A stretch of DNA of 58,900 bases from an uncultured Erysipelotrichaceae bacterium (GCA_902780585.1 CACZGA010000003.1:1-58900), one strand, 5' to 3'. Positions 42,453-52,337 are shown, numbered from the stretch's first letter. Numbers and translations are program-made. Notes: generated from the letters alone by a model not told the origin.

Positions 42453-42701
42453 GTGAATATGGTAAATAGCAGATTGTATAAGGAAATGGTTAAAGTTTTA
42501 AATGAAAAAGAATGTTCTAAAAGACAATTAGCCAAAGAATGTGGTGTTAGTTATTTAACATTCGTTAAGTTTTTCAATCCAAACTATCCATTTCAACCAC
42601 TTAGTCCTAAAACGATGAGTCGAATACACAATCATCTTGGTATCGATTTTGATGTTATGGATGAGTATAATGAATTAGTGTTAAAAGAAAGGGGCAACTA
42701 A
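42453..42701 (+). CDS. XRE-like HTH protein
   Basis: SKRQLAKECGVSYLTF. Confidence 0.7.
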   Translation: MNMVNSRLYKEMVKVLNEKECSKRQLAKECGVSYLTFVKFFNPNYPFQPLSPKTMSRIHNHLGIDFDVMDEYNELVLKERGN

Positions 42702-42839
42702 TATGTATAGATATTATTTCCAAAATTTATTGACTGGTGAAACATTTTGCAAAGACGAAGAAAATTATGGCATGATGAAGAAATTCATAAACAAATGTAA
42801 ATATAGTAAAAAAATAATGTATTTAGGAAGAACAAAAAT

Positions 42840-43232
42840 ATGGGGATAAAGCAACAACAGGTAGGAAAGTCCTTTGAGAAAGAAGTATTAGATTACTATT
42901 CAAAAAAAGGACATTGGGTATACAAGATTCCGACAGAATTTGGTGGTACTATTTGCGATATAATGGTTGTTAAAAATAGTGCAATTATGATGATCGAATG
43001 TAAGCATATAATAGGAGACAAACTTTATTACAAAGGTTGTGGTATTTATAAAAAGAGAGATGAATTAAACAACTTTGTTAGTAAATACAACACCAATGTT
43101 TATATTATGATAAAGTCTGATTCTTTAGGTGTTTATTGGACAACTTGGGAAATTGCTAAAAAGCATTTTGAAGAAAAAGGATACCTAAAATTAGAAGAAG
43201 ATTGTTTTAAAGGAAACATGGAGGTGAAATAG
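42840..43232 (+). CDS. PD-(D/E)XK nuclease / Holliday junction resolvase-like
   Basis: GKSFE...CDIMV...IECK. Confidence 0.75.
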   Translation: MGIKQQQVGKSFEKEVLDYYSKKGHWVYKIPTEFGGTICDIMVVKNSAIMMIECKHIIGDKLYYKGCGIYKKRDELNNFVSKYNTNVYIMIKSDSLGVYWTTWEIAKKHFEEKGYLKLEEDCFKGNMEVK

Positions 43233-43723
43233 TGAGCAGATTTGATGACACACTATATGATAAATATGTTTTAGGAATATGGGAAAAAGAGGAGGAAAAA
43301 GAAATGAATAAAGTATTAACGTTATGGTATGAAAGAAAAAGAAAAGATATTGAAAATAAATATGATGATTTAAGAGAAAAATTTAATGAACAATATGGTT
43401 CTATTTCAAGTTTTAATGAGCTAATTGACAAATTTAACAAAGACTTGGAAGATATTTATAATTTTGATAAAGCAACCGAACAATTTGTTTTGATAAATAA
43501 CGCACCATGTAATGTTATTAAATATAAAGTTGATGTCGACAAAATAGATAAAGAGTTTAATGAGATATATTGTGAACAAATTAAAAAAGCATATAAAGAA
43601 ATAGATGATATTAGAGAAGAAGTTGAGGCACAACTTTCATTATCAGACGATTTAGAATATCAACAAGAAGTTCTTATTAGATATGGTATTATTGATAAAA
43701 AGACAAAAAAGATAAGTGAGTAG
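43232..43723 (+). CDS. Hypothetical protein
   Basis: 163-aa coupled ORF. Confidence 0.6.
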   Translation: MSRFDDTLYDKYVLGIWEKEEEKEMNKVLTLWYERKRKDIENKYDDLREKFNEQYGSISSFNELIDKFNKDLEDIYNFDKATEQFVLINNAPCNVIKYKVDVDKIDKEFNEIYCEQIKKAYKEIDDIREEVEAQLSLSDDLEYQQEVLIRYGIIDKKTKKISE

Positions 43724-43725
43724 GT

Positions 43726-45147
43726 ATGAAGATAATACTAACTAATATTATCGAGATACAAGAACCAACTAAAGAAATATTGGATTATTGTAAAAAAGAA
43801 TTAACATTTTCTAATCCAGATTATATCAAGAAACAACGTATGGGTTTTTGGTGTGGACGTACTCCTAAACAGATAAGTTTATACGATTTCTATCAAGACA
43901 ATGTATATCTGCCTATAGGTTGTTTCAATGATATATGGGAAATACACCCTTATAGAGAAGATTATGTTGATTATACAACCACTAAAGAAGCCGACATAAA
44001 GTCTAACATAATCTTACGTGATTATCAAAAACCTTGTACCGATGCTTTGAAAAAGTATGTTAATGGTATATTGGTTCTATTCGCTGGTGCTGGTAAAACA
44101 CAAATAGCCTTACAATGTGCTAGTGAATTGAAACAAAAGACACTATTTTTGGTTCACACTAAAGATTTGCTTAACCAAGCTAAAGAACGTTGTGAAGATA
44201 ATCTCATTTGTAACACTTCAACGATAACAGAAGGTAAATGCGACACGAGTGGTGATATTGTATTCGCAACAGTGCAAACACTTGTAAATTTTGTCAACAA
44301 ACGAGAAATAAGCCAAGATGAATTTGGATTGGTAGTAGTAGACGAATGTCACCATTTATCTACAAGTGCAGAATCAGTAAAAATGTTTGAGAAGTGTGTG
44401 AACTATTTCAATGCTAGATATAAACTTGGAATTAGTGCGACATTGCATCGTTCAGATGGCTTACAAAATACAACTAAGAAAATACTTGGAGACGTGATAT
44501 ACGAGCTTAAAAAAAGCGACGATAAAACAAAATTCATTGGATATTATGAAAATAAACCAATAATTGAAGTACCTGCAAGTAGATTTCAAGTACCAGCTCA
44601 AATACATATGCTAAAAACCACGTTTAACGTGGCAAATAGAGACGTTTTTGATACAAGTGGTAGAATTATATTCTCCACGCTGATTAGCAACCTAGCGTTA
44701 GATTATGATAGGAATAAATTGATATTAGACTTATTGTATCGTTTGCGTGGATATACAATTGTTATAAGCGAAAGAACAAGTCAACTTGAATATCTACATG
44801 AAAATATTAAAAATTCCATTTACATTAATGGAAAAACACCAAAGAAACAGAGAGAACAACAAATTGAAGAGTTTAGGAATGGAAACCACGCTTGTTTGTT
44901 TGCAACATATTCGCTTGTTGCCGAGGGATTGGATATACCTATACTTGAAAATTTAGTTATGGCTAGTCCTGTGAAAGATGAGCGACTTGTTATCCAAGCG
45001 ATTGGTAGGTGTCAAAGACCTAGTGGAAATAAAAAGTTTGCTAATGTTTATGATTTAGTTGATGATGTATCGATTCTTGATAAGTTTACGAGAAAAAGAA
45101 AAAGTGTTTATAAAAAGGAAGGATGGGAGATAATCAATGGGATTTGA
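43726..45147 (+). CDS. Superfamily II DNA helicase
   Basis: LRDYQ, GAGKT, DECHH, SAT, EGLDIP, QAIGR. Confidence 0.9.
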   Translation: MKIILTNIIEIQEPTKEILDYCKKELTFSNPDYIKKQRMGFWCGRTPKQISLYDFYQDNVYLPIGCFNDIWEIHPYREDYVDYTTTKEADIKSNIILRDYQKPCTDALKKYVNGILVLFAGAGKTQIALQCASELKQKTLFLVHTKDLLNQAKERCEDNLICNTSTITEGKCDTSGDIVFATVQTLVNFVNKREISQDEFGLVVVDECHHLSTSAESVKMFEKCVNYFNARYKLGISATLHRSDGLQNTTKKILGDVIYELKKSDDKTKFIGYYENKPIIEVPASRFQVPAQIHMLKTTFNVANRDVFDTSGRIIFSTLISNLALDYDRNKLILDLLYRLRGYTIVISERTSQLEYLHENIKNSIYINGKTPKKQREQQIEEFRNGNHACLFATYSLVAEGLDIPILENLVMASPVKDERLVIQAIGRCQRPSGNKKFANVYDLVDDVSILDKFTRKRKSVYKKEGWEIINGI

Positions 45148-45298
45148 GAATTATAAAGACAAACAAAGATTTTATAAAGAAAGAGCAAAACAAGAAAAAA
45201 TGTTTTTCATAAGCAAACCACCCAAAGTCTTAGATAAAGGTGAAAAAGGTAGAACTTATGTGAAACCTAAAGAAGAGAAGAAGTAATGAGGTAATTTT

Positions 45299-45553
45299 AT
45301 GGGAAGAAGAAAAAACACTGAAATAATAGAATATATGGATGAAGCTTGTGATAAAGTATGGTATATGAGAAGTACACCATGTGATAATCCAGAAATTGAA
45401 AAAGGAAGATTAAAAGCTATAAAACGAGTAGAAAAAGAGTTTCCGGAAGTTAAAGAAGGATTTGATACTTGGGATTGTGGTTTTTGGAATGGTGTATTAG
45501 GAACACTTCGTTGGGTTCTTGGTGATGAAGAAAAAGATAATTTAGACACATAG
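45299..45553 (+). CDS. Hypothetical protein
   Basis: 84 aa; GFWNGVLGTLRWVLG. Confidence 0.6.
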   Translation: MGRRKNTEIIEYMDEACDKVWYMRSTPCDNPEIEKGRLKAIKRVEKEFPEVKEGFDTWDCGFWNGVLGTLRWVLGDEEKDNLDT

Positions 45554-45561
45554 GTGATTAT

Positions 45562-46434
45562 ATGAGTTTTGACGAATTGTTAGACAGAGTTTGGTATTAT
45601 GATATAGAAATTTTTGCACACGATTCACTAATAGTTTTCATATCACACAAAACACAAGAAAGAGTATATTTTCATAATTCTATACCAAACGATATACAAA
45701 ACTTTTTAGATATTAATGATCCAATACTTATAGGTTACAATTGTAATAATTATGACAAATGGATACTTAAATGTTGGTTAGCTGGATATACACCAGAAGA
45801 ATTAAAAGAAGTAAATGATTATATAATAAATGGTGGAAAAGGTTGGGAAATAGATTGTGGTCGAATCAATCTACCAATACATTGGGACTTGTTTAACGAA
45901 ATTAATCCTAGAAAATCTTTAAAAGAATGTGAGGGTCACATGAAATTAGATATAACAGAAACCACAGTTCCTTTTGATTTACCAACAAAGTGGACTAAAC
46001 AACAATTTGAAGAAGTTTTATATTATTGTACATGTGATGTTAAAGCTCTTATTCCACTTTTTGAAAAAATGAGAGATGGATATTTAGCTAAATATACTAT
46101 ATGTGAAATGGGTAATATTCCGTTTGATTATGGTTTAAGTTTAACAAATGCTAATTTAACTGCAACATTTCTACACGCTGAAAGAAAAGAACATGATGAT
46201 AAAAATGATTATCAATATCCAAGTAACTTTGAATTAGAAAAAATTTTACCAGAAGTTAAAGAATATTTTGATTCATTTATACGTGGAGAAATAGATATTG
46301 ATGATAAAAATTTACCCATTAATTTAGATGGTATGAGAGGTAATGTTGGGGCTGGTGGGATCCATTTAGCTTTAGATAATTATATTTTTGAAAGCGAAGA
46401 TTTTAATGTAGGTGATTATTATGAGCAAAATTAA
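45562..46434 (+). CDS. Family-B DNA polymerase, N-terminal 3'-5' exonuclease part
   Basis: Exo I YDIE, Exo II GYNCNNYD, Exo III YCTCDV; ends shortly after GGIH. Confidence 0.85.
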   Translation: MSFDELLDRVWYYDIEIFAHDSLIVFISHKTQERVYFHNSIPNDIQNFLDINDPILIGYNCNNYDKWILKCWLAGYTPEELKEVNDYIINGGKGWEIDCGRINLPIHWDLFNEINPRKSLKECEGHMKLDITETTVPFDLPTKWTKQQFEEVLYYCTCDVKALIPLFEKMRDGYLAKYTICEMGNIPFDYGLSLTNANLTATFLHAERKEHDDKNDYQYPSNFELEKILPEVKEYFDSFIRGEIDIDDKNLPINLDGMRGNVGAGGIHLALDNYIFESEDFNVGDYYEQN

Positions 46435-47077
46435 AGATTTAACAGGTAAAAAATTTGGAATGGTTACTGTTATTAAGTTAGATAGAATAGAAAATAGAAG
46501 AACATATTGGATATGTAAATGTGATTGTGGCAACATTTTTACTCGTAGGTCTGATATAATCCAAAATAAAGAGGTTAAAAGTTGTGGTTGTTATCAAAAA
46601 GAAAATAATAAAATTATAGGAACTTTACATGGAGATGGTTCTAAAAAATCTAAATATCATCGGTTATATCAATGTTATCAAAGTATGAAACAAAGATGTT
46701 ATAACCCTAATTGTATTCAATTTAAAGATTGGGGTGGACGTGGTATAAAAGTGTGTGATGAGTGGAAAAATGATTATTTAAAATTTAAAAAATGGGCTTT
46801 ATCACATGGTTATCATGATGAATTGACACTTGACAGAATAAAGGTTAATAGAAATTACGAACCTAATAATTGTAGATGGATAACTAAAATTGAACAAAAT
46901 AGAAATACTAGAAAATGTAAACATTTTCTTATAAATAATAAAGATTATACAATACCTTTGTTATCTAAAAAATTAGGTATAAGTGATGATACAATACATT
47001 ATTGGTTAAAAAAAGGATGTGATATAAATTATATATTAAAACGTTTTAAAAGTAATAAGGAGGTGGTTAGGGAGTGA
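46412..47077 (+). CDS. HNH-type homing endonuclease (AP2/HNH-like)
   Basis: DLTGKKFG, WICKCDCG, SCGC, GGRGIKVCDEW, TLDRI...YEPNNCRW; probable start at 46421. Confidence 0.85.
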   Translation: MIIMSKIKDLTGKKFGMVTVIKLDRIENRRTYWICKCDCGNIFTRRSDIIQNKEVKSCGCYQKENNKIIGTLHGDGSKKSKYHRLYQCYQSMKQRCYNPNCIQFKDWGGRGIKVCDEWKNDYLKFKKWALSHGYHDELTLDRIKVNRNYEPNNCRWITKIEQNRNTRKCKHFLINNKDYTIPLLSKKLGISDDTIHYWLKKGCDINYILKRFKSNKEVVRE

Positions 47078-49073
47078 AAAGGCTATTATTAAATTATGAT
47101 GTAGCCTCACTTCGGTGAGATCTATATCCAAGTTTAATTTGTGAATATGGCTATTCTAGTAGAAATCAACCTGATGCTAATTTATATAAAGAGTTGAGAG
47201 AAACTAGAATAAAAGCCAAACATAGTGGTGATAAAAAAACAGCTAATGCTTTAAAACTCCCTCTCTGAATACTTATTATGGAGCTTTAGGTGCTAGATGG
47301 AACAATCTTTTTGATTTAAAACAATGTAGATCAATTTGTATTTCAGGTCAGTGTGCTTTGCTTATTTTAATATATGATTTACGAAAGATACCAACTTTAA
47401 AATGTATTAGCTCTAACACCGATGCTTGTCAATTCGAAGTCGATGATACTTATATGAATGACGTTCAAGAAGTAATTAATAATTGGCAAAAAAGATATAG
47501 ACTTGAATTAGAACGTGATGATGTTTTAAAAATAGTTATGAAAGACATCAATAATTATTGTGAAATACTTCAAACAAATAAAGGAAAACAAGTAAATTTT
47601 AAAGGTGGTTGTTTTGCGGGTTGTCCTGATATAAAAATACATGAAAATGGTAAATTAGAAACAATATATAAAGATAGTTATAAAGCAAATTCTATGGTAA
47701 TTGTAGCAGAAGCTATTTTAAAATATTTATTGTTTAACATACCTATTGAGAAAACTATCAATAATTGTAATGATATCTTCAAATTTCAACAGATATCCCA
47801 CCTAGGCTCTACCTACGAAAAGTGTGTTCAAGAGTCAGAAAATGGTGATATAGAACTTCAAAGGAACAATCGTATATACGCTGGTCTTAAACCAAGTGGT
47901 GTAATAATAAAAGTAAAACCGAATGGTAGACGTGATTCACTTGCGAATTGTCCTCCAAACCCGATAGTCGACAATGGTAATAAATGCACTATTGAAGATA
48001 TAAACAAGGAATGGTATATTGAGTTTGCACAGGAAAAAGCAAACGATTTCTTAGGTATACCTAGGCTTGATAGTTTGAAAAAAGAAGAACTTTTAGAAAG
48101 AGCTAAAGGTTTGGGCTTAGAAATAGATAAAAAAACAAAAAAAGATGATATAATAAAGATGATAAAAAATAAAGAAAGAAATGAGGTAAAAAATATGGCT
48201 ACAAAGCAAGATATTGAAAAAGAGCTGGAAGAAACAAAAGAAAAATTAAATAAAGCCGTTACACAAAACGAGCAATTAATGAATAAGATTAAAGAAAGTG
48301 AGAATGTAAAAGAAATGAAGTTTGCTGATGAAAGATTAAATGATAATATTATGTTACAAAGTTCTTTATACAAGAAAATAAACGAACTAAGAAAATATAT
48401 TAGGAGTGTCGATTTTGTATATGATGAAGAATTGCCTAGTAATTTGGGTGGTGGAGAATATTATAGTATAGGACAATTATACGATGCTTTACAAAAAGGT
48501 TGTTTAGAAGTTGGATTAGATTTTAGTCACGATGTTGTCGAAGTTATTAGCTTTGATAAAGAACTTGTAAAACCAAGTGGTAAATTACCAATCCATGTTG
48601 CAACCGTTAAAACAAAATCGACATTAACTGATATAAACACCGGGATTAGTAAAGATTATATTACAATAGCACAAGGTAGTGATACAATTGATAAAGCTAT
48701 TAGCGGTGCAAGTACGCTAGCGTTTAGACAATGGTTTACAAAGAATTTCTCTCCTAAAAATGCTAATGATGATGACAATGTTGATGAAACACCAAAGAGT
48801 GAAGAACCTAAAGTTCCAGTATACATTCCTGAAAGCAAAAAAGAAGAAATAAAAGAAGAAGTTGTAAAACAAGTACAACAAGAAGATAGTGATGATGAAG
48901 ATATTAAAGTAATCTGTCAGAACATAATGGCAATCAGAGAAAAGACAGGAAATGAAGAATACGGAAAAACTACAATGCAAGCTTTAATGAGTGGTATTTT
49001 AAGCAGTGCTGATATTTTAGAAATTGACTTAAAGATTAAACAGAAAATGGAGAGTGTTGGATTGAATGTATGA
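47074..49073 (+). CDS. Family-B DNA polymerase catalytic part (needs two recoding events), fused in frame to an ERF-like domain
   Basis: GTG start with AAGGAGGTG RBS; motif A DVASL[R*DL]YPS; motif B KLPL[+2]NTYYG; motif C SNTDA. Confidence 0.75.
48195..49073 (+). CDS. ERF-family single-strand annealing protein (internal in-frame start)
   Basis: GAGGT RBS before ATG 48195; GSDTIDKAISGASTLAFR motif; lies near the YqaJ exonuclease gene. Confidence 0.65.
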   Translation: MATKQDIEKELEETKEKLNKAVTQNEQLMNKIKESENVKEMKFADERLNDNIMLQSSLYKKINELRKYIRSVDFVYDEELPSNLGGGEYYSIGQLYDALQKGCLEVGLDFSHDVVEVISFDKELVKPSGKLPIHVATVKTKSTLTDINTGISKDYITIAQGSDTIDKAISGASTLAFRQWFTKNFSPKNANDDDNVDETPKSEEPKVPVYIPESKKEEIKEEVVKQVQQEDSDDEDIKVICQNIMAIREKTGNEEYGKTTMQALMSGILSSADILEIDLKIKQKMESVGLNV

Positions 49074-49752
49074 AGATGTTGAAATTAACTCCAAAAGATG
49101 GTTTGATTTAAAAGACTTGAAAAACGAGGAATGGAAAGACATCAAGGATTTTGAAAATTTGTACCAGGTTAGTAATTATGCGAGAATAAAGAGCTTATAT
49201 AAACCATCTATTAAAAACCAATATATGTATGATAGAATCATGAAAATAAAACCTAATAAATTAGGATATTCGACTGTTCATTTTATTCATAACGGTAAGG
49301 AATATAGAAAATTATTACATATATTGGTTGCTGAAACATTTATACCTAATCCAAATAATCTTCCACAAGTATTGCACAAAAAAGCAACTTTAGATGGTGG
49401 GACTGATAGAGTTGACAATTTATATTGGGGTACACAGAAAGACAACATGCGTGATAGAAAAAATGAAGGTAAATTTGTTGTAAGCGAAGAAACTAGAAGT
49501 AAAATAAGTGTTTCGCAAAAAATAAAAATAAATCAATATGATTTAAACGGGAACTATATCAAAACATGGGATAGTGCATCTGATGTAAAAAAGGAATTAA
49601 ATATTGATGACAGCACGATACGAAAATGTTGTAGAGGTGTTAAAAAATCTTGTGGTGGTTTCCAATGGAGAAAATTTAACAATAACACAGAAAACATTAA
49701 AAAATATAGTATATTGAAAAGAAAGGAAATTAAAAATGGAATGGAAATATAG
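49066..49752 (+). CDS. NUMOD4-HNH-NUMOD1 homing endonuclease
   Basis: EEWKDI...YQVSN, HILVAETFIPNP, NLYWGTQKDN, CGGFQWR. Confidence 0.85.
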   Translation: MYEDVEINSKRWFDLKDLKNEEWKDIKDFENLYQVSNYARIKSLYKPSIKNQYMYDRIMKIKPNKLGYSTVHFIHNGKEYRKLLHILVAETFIPNPNNLPQVLHKKATLDGGTDRVDNLYWGTQKDNMRDRKNEGKFVVSEETRSKISVSQKIKINQYDLNGNYIKTWDSASDVKKELNIDDSTIRKCCRGVKKSCGGFQWRKFNNNTENIKKYSILKRKEIKNGMEI

Positions 49753-50809
49753 TGAAGATAATAAACATATAGTGTTAGAAAAACAACCTAGTAGATTCAA
49801 ATATTTGACGGGTACCAGATTGGCTAGTTGTCTAGGTTTAAACCCTTATTCAACACCGTTTCAAATTTGGTGTGAATGTACAAGATTAGTCACTCCACCG
49901 TTTGAAGAAACCATATATACAAAAGCAGGACGTATTATAGAACCTAAACAAAGAGAATATGTTAGCGAAAAGTTCCCAAATATTGTATCTCCAGAAGAAT
50001 ATTTCGGAGATATATTCGAACAAGTCAGATGGAATTTTTTCAATGATGAACAAAAACCATTCGCCGGTTGTTGGGATGCTGTTAGTACAAAAGACAATAA
50101 ACGTGATATAACAATGGTTGTAGAATTTAAGACAGCTAGTGATCCTAGAAAATGGGATAATACAATACCTGTTTATTACGAATTACAAGGTTGTTTATAT
50201 GCCAAGCTGTTAGGTTTAGATAGAGTTTTATTTGTTGCTAGTTTTTTAGATAAATTAGATTATGCTCATCCAGAAAATTTTATACCAAATGAAGAAAACA
50301 CAATAATGATAGTTAAAAAACTAAAAGATGTAACTATTGAGATGAATGGTGAATACCTTAGTATTGACGAAGTTTTGGAAAAGGCAAAAGATTTTTGGAA
50401 AAATTACGTAGAAACAGGTATAAGTCCGGAGTTTGACGAAACAAAAGACAAAGAATATTTAGATATTATAAGAACAAGCAAACCAATTAATGACAACTCT
50501 CTTGAAGATTTATGTGATAGGGCTATGGAATTGGTTAAAGAAATAGACATGCTAAAAGAAAATAGCGGTATTTCTAGTAAAGAAAAAGAACTTAAAATAT
50601 TAGAAGAAAGCATAAAAAAAGGCTTAATGGACAATTTACAAGACGGAGAAACAAAGATAAGTTGTAAACAATATTCCTTAAACGGAACAATTAAAGAAAA
50701 ATTTAATGAAAAACAATTTAAAAAAGAGAATCCAAAAATATATGAAAAGTACCTTGAAGAAGAATTAACATATAGGCTTACAAAAAGCAAAGGTGAGATT
50801 GATGATTAA
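49736..50809 (+). CDS. YqaJ / lambda-exonuclease family protein
   Basis: TGTRLASCLGLNPYSTPF, VEFKTA, PVYYELQGCLY. Confidence 0.85.
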   Translation: MEWKYSEDNKHIVLEKQPSRFKYLTGTRLASCLGLNPYSTPFQIWCECTRLVTPPFEETIYTKAGRIIEPKQREYVSEKFPNIVSPEEYFGDIFEQVRWNFFNDEQKPFAGCWDAVSTKDNKRDITMVVEFKTASDPRKWDNTIPVYYELQGCLYAKLLGLDRVLFVASFLDKLDYAHPENFIPNEENTIMIVKKLKDVTIEMNGEYLSIDEVLEKAKDFWKNYVETGISPEFDETKDKEYLDIIRTSKPINDNSLEDLCDRAMELVKEIDMLKENSGISSKEKELKILEESIKKGLMDNLQDGETKISCKQYSLNGTIKEKFNEKQFKKENPKIYEKYLEEELTYRLTKSKGEIDD

Positions 50810-51083
50810 TTTTAAAAATCCTGCCTGTGATAAAGAAAGTTTTCACGAATGGATAATGTCTTGTTGTGATACATTAATAAGAGAAGAAGACAAAATATTT
50901 AACATGACAAAAGATAAGACAAGGTTTATTGATATAACCTTTCCTTTAAGAGTCGGAGAAACACCAACCATGCTTATACAGATAGAAAAGATCGTGCAGA
51001 ATAGCGAAGATAAAATATTTATTATAAAAAATTTAGAAGATAGGGAGATTGATAGATATGAAAATAAAGATGACAATGAGTAA
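50793..51083 (+). CDS. Hypothetical protein
   Basis: 96-aa coupled ORF. Confidence 0.5.
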   Translation: MRLMINFKNPACDKESFHEWIMSCCDTLIREEDKIFNMTKDKTRFIDITFPLRVGETPTMLIQIEKIVQNSEDKIFIIKNLEDREIDRYENKDDNE

Positions 51084-51501
51084 TAATTTTAAATTAGTAC
51101 CAGAAGGAGAAAGAACGTTAAAGATAGTAAAATCAGAATGTTCTCCAAGTGGAAAACCTAACAAATGGACATTAACTTTTGAAGATAGTGAAGGTGGTTT
51201 TATCTATAACAGATTCGACTTGAAGAATGATAAATCTTTATACGCAATGGCTAAGTTTGTTGAAGAAGTTTTAGATATGAAAGATGGAGAAGAATTTGAT
51301 ACCACAAAAGACCCACAAAGATGTGTTGGTCTTGTGATAAATGCAAACGTTATCCACACCGAAGGAAGTCAATGCGATGACGAAGGAAACCCAAGGATTT
51401 TCGCAAACATTGAAAACAAAAGTGTTAAATTAGCTAAAGAAGATACTAGTGAATCACCAAGAAATTCCATTGTAACATCTGTTTCTGATTTAGATATTTA
51501 G
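51049..51501 (+). CDS. Putative single-stranded DNA-binding protein
   Basis: FKLVPEG start, beta-rich, acidic C-terminal tip; last gene of the recombination module. Confidence 0.6.
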   Translation: MIDMKIKMTMSNNFKLVPEGERTLKIVKSECSPSGKPNKWTLTFEDSEGGFIYNRFDLKNDKSLYAMAKFVEEVLDMKDGEEFDTTKDPQRCVGLVINANVIHTEGSQCDDEGNPRIFANIENKSVKLAKEDTSESPRNSIVTSVSDLDI

Positions 51502-51505
51502 AATG

Positions 51506-51529
51506 AGAACCTTACGGTTCTTTTTTTTT
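51506..51529 (+). terminator. Intrinsic terminator
   Basis: AGAACC-ttac-GGTTCT followed by a T run. Confidence 0.8.
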
Positions 51530-51704
51530 ATGTATAAAATGTGAACTTTTGAGAAATAAAACGTGTCGTTTCTGATTTAGAAAATAATATATAATCTTAT
51601 TAGAAAGCGAGATAAAATCCGTTTTCTGTTTACCTTATCTACGGAGGTGTGAGTTTAAATTCAGATTTATATCGGTTTATTCTCACCCTCCCTTTTATTT
51701 TGTT

Positions 51705-52337
51705 TTGAAAGAGAGTGAGTATATGTTTGGGAACAATTATCCAAGAGGGTACGCAAATAATTATCAGAATACATTGAATCAACAAAATTTATATGAACAG
51801 AATATGTCGGATCAGATAGATGCTCAAATAAATCAATTAGTTGGTATGAAAAACCAATTACGAAATAACAACAGCCAACAATCACAACAACAGCCTACCG
51901 CCATCAATCAGACTTTTCAATTATCGCCAAACGGTGGTGGTATGAAATACGCCAATTCCATTGAAGATGTTAATAAAGAAACGGTGTTTTATGATACACC
52001 ATTCTTTAGCAAAGACTTTAGTGTATTATGGATTAAAAACGCCACAGGAGACATAAAAGCGTATGAGTTAAGCGAAATAATTCAAAAGGATGAAAAGGAT
52101 CTACAGATAGAGTTTCTACAAGCACAACAAGAAGAAAAAGACAATAAAATAGATTATCTACAAGCTCAAATAAATAGTTTAAGAAAAGAGATGAAAATGA
52201 ATGAACAATATGCTACAAATGTTATTCAATCAGAAGATGAAACAGATACCACAGAACTTGATGGGTCAGTTGGAGAGACAACTAAAAATGCGAAATCCAC
52301 AAGCGTATCGAGAGTTTCAACAAGCAAGAAAAAATAA
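51705..52337 (+). CDS. N/Q-rich hypothetical protein (accessory cassette gene 1)
   Basis: Probable start at 51723; N/Q-rich N-terminus followed by a coiled coil. Confidence 0.7.
   Translation: MKESEYMFGNNYPRGYANNYQNTLNQQNLYEQNMSDQIDAQINQLVGMKNQLRNNNSQQSQQQPTAINQTFQLSPNGGGMKYANSIEDVNKETVFYDTPFFSKDFSVLWIKNATGDIKAYELSEIIQKDEKDLQIEFLQAQQEEKDNKIDYLQAQINSLRKEMKMNEQYATNVIQSEDETDTTELDGSVGETTKNAKSTSVSRVSTSKKK

Noticed and set aside
46412-47077. Group I intron or intein carrying the HNH
   Set aside because: The ORF overlaps both polymerase halves, leaving no room for a ribozyme core; it is out of frame with them and lacks intein terminal residues
47113-47115. CGG as an unassigned codon
   Set aside because: CGG occurs in frame in terL (EYRYH) and in the HNH (HRLY), so it is presumably decoded
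47116-47268. Genome-wide TGA reassignment (genetic code 4 or 25) explaining the polymerase stops
   Set aside because: TGA ends several ordinary genes here (e.g. at 42288, 47077 and 34369); readthrough would not fix the frame change at motif B and would add four residues to motif A
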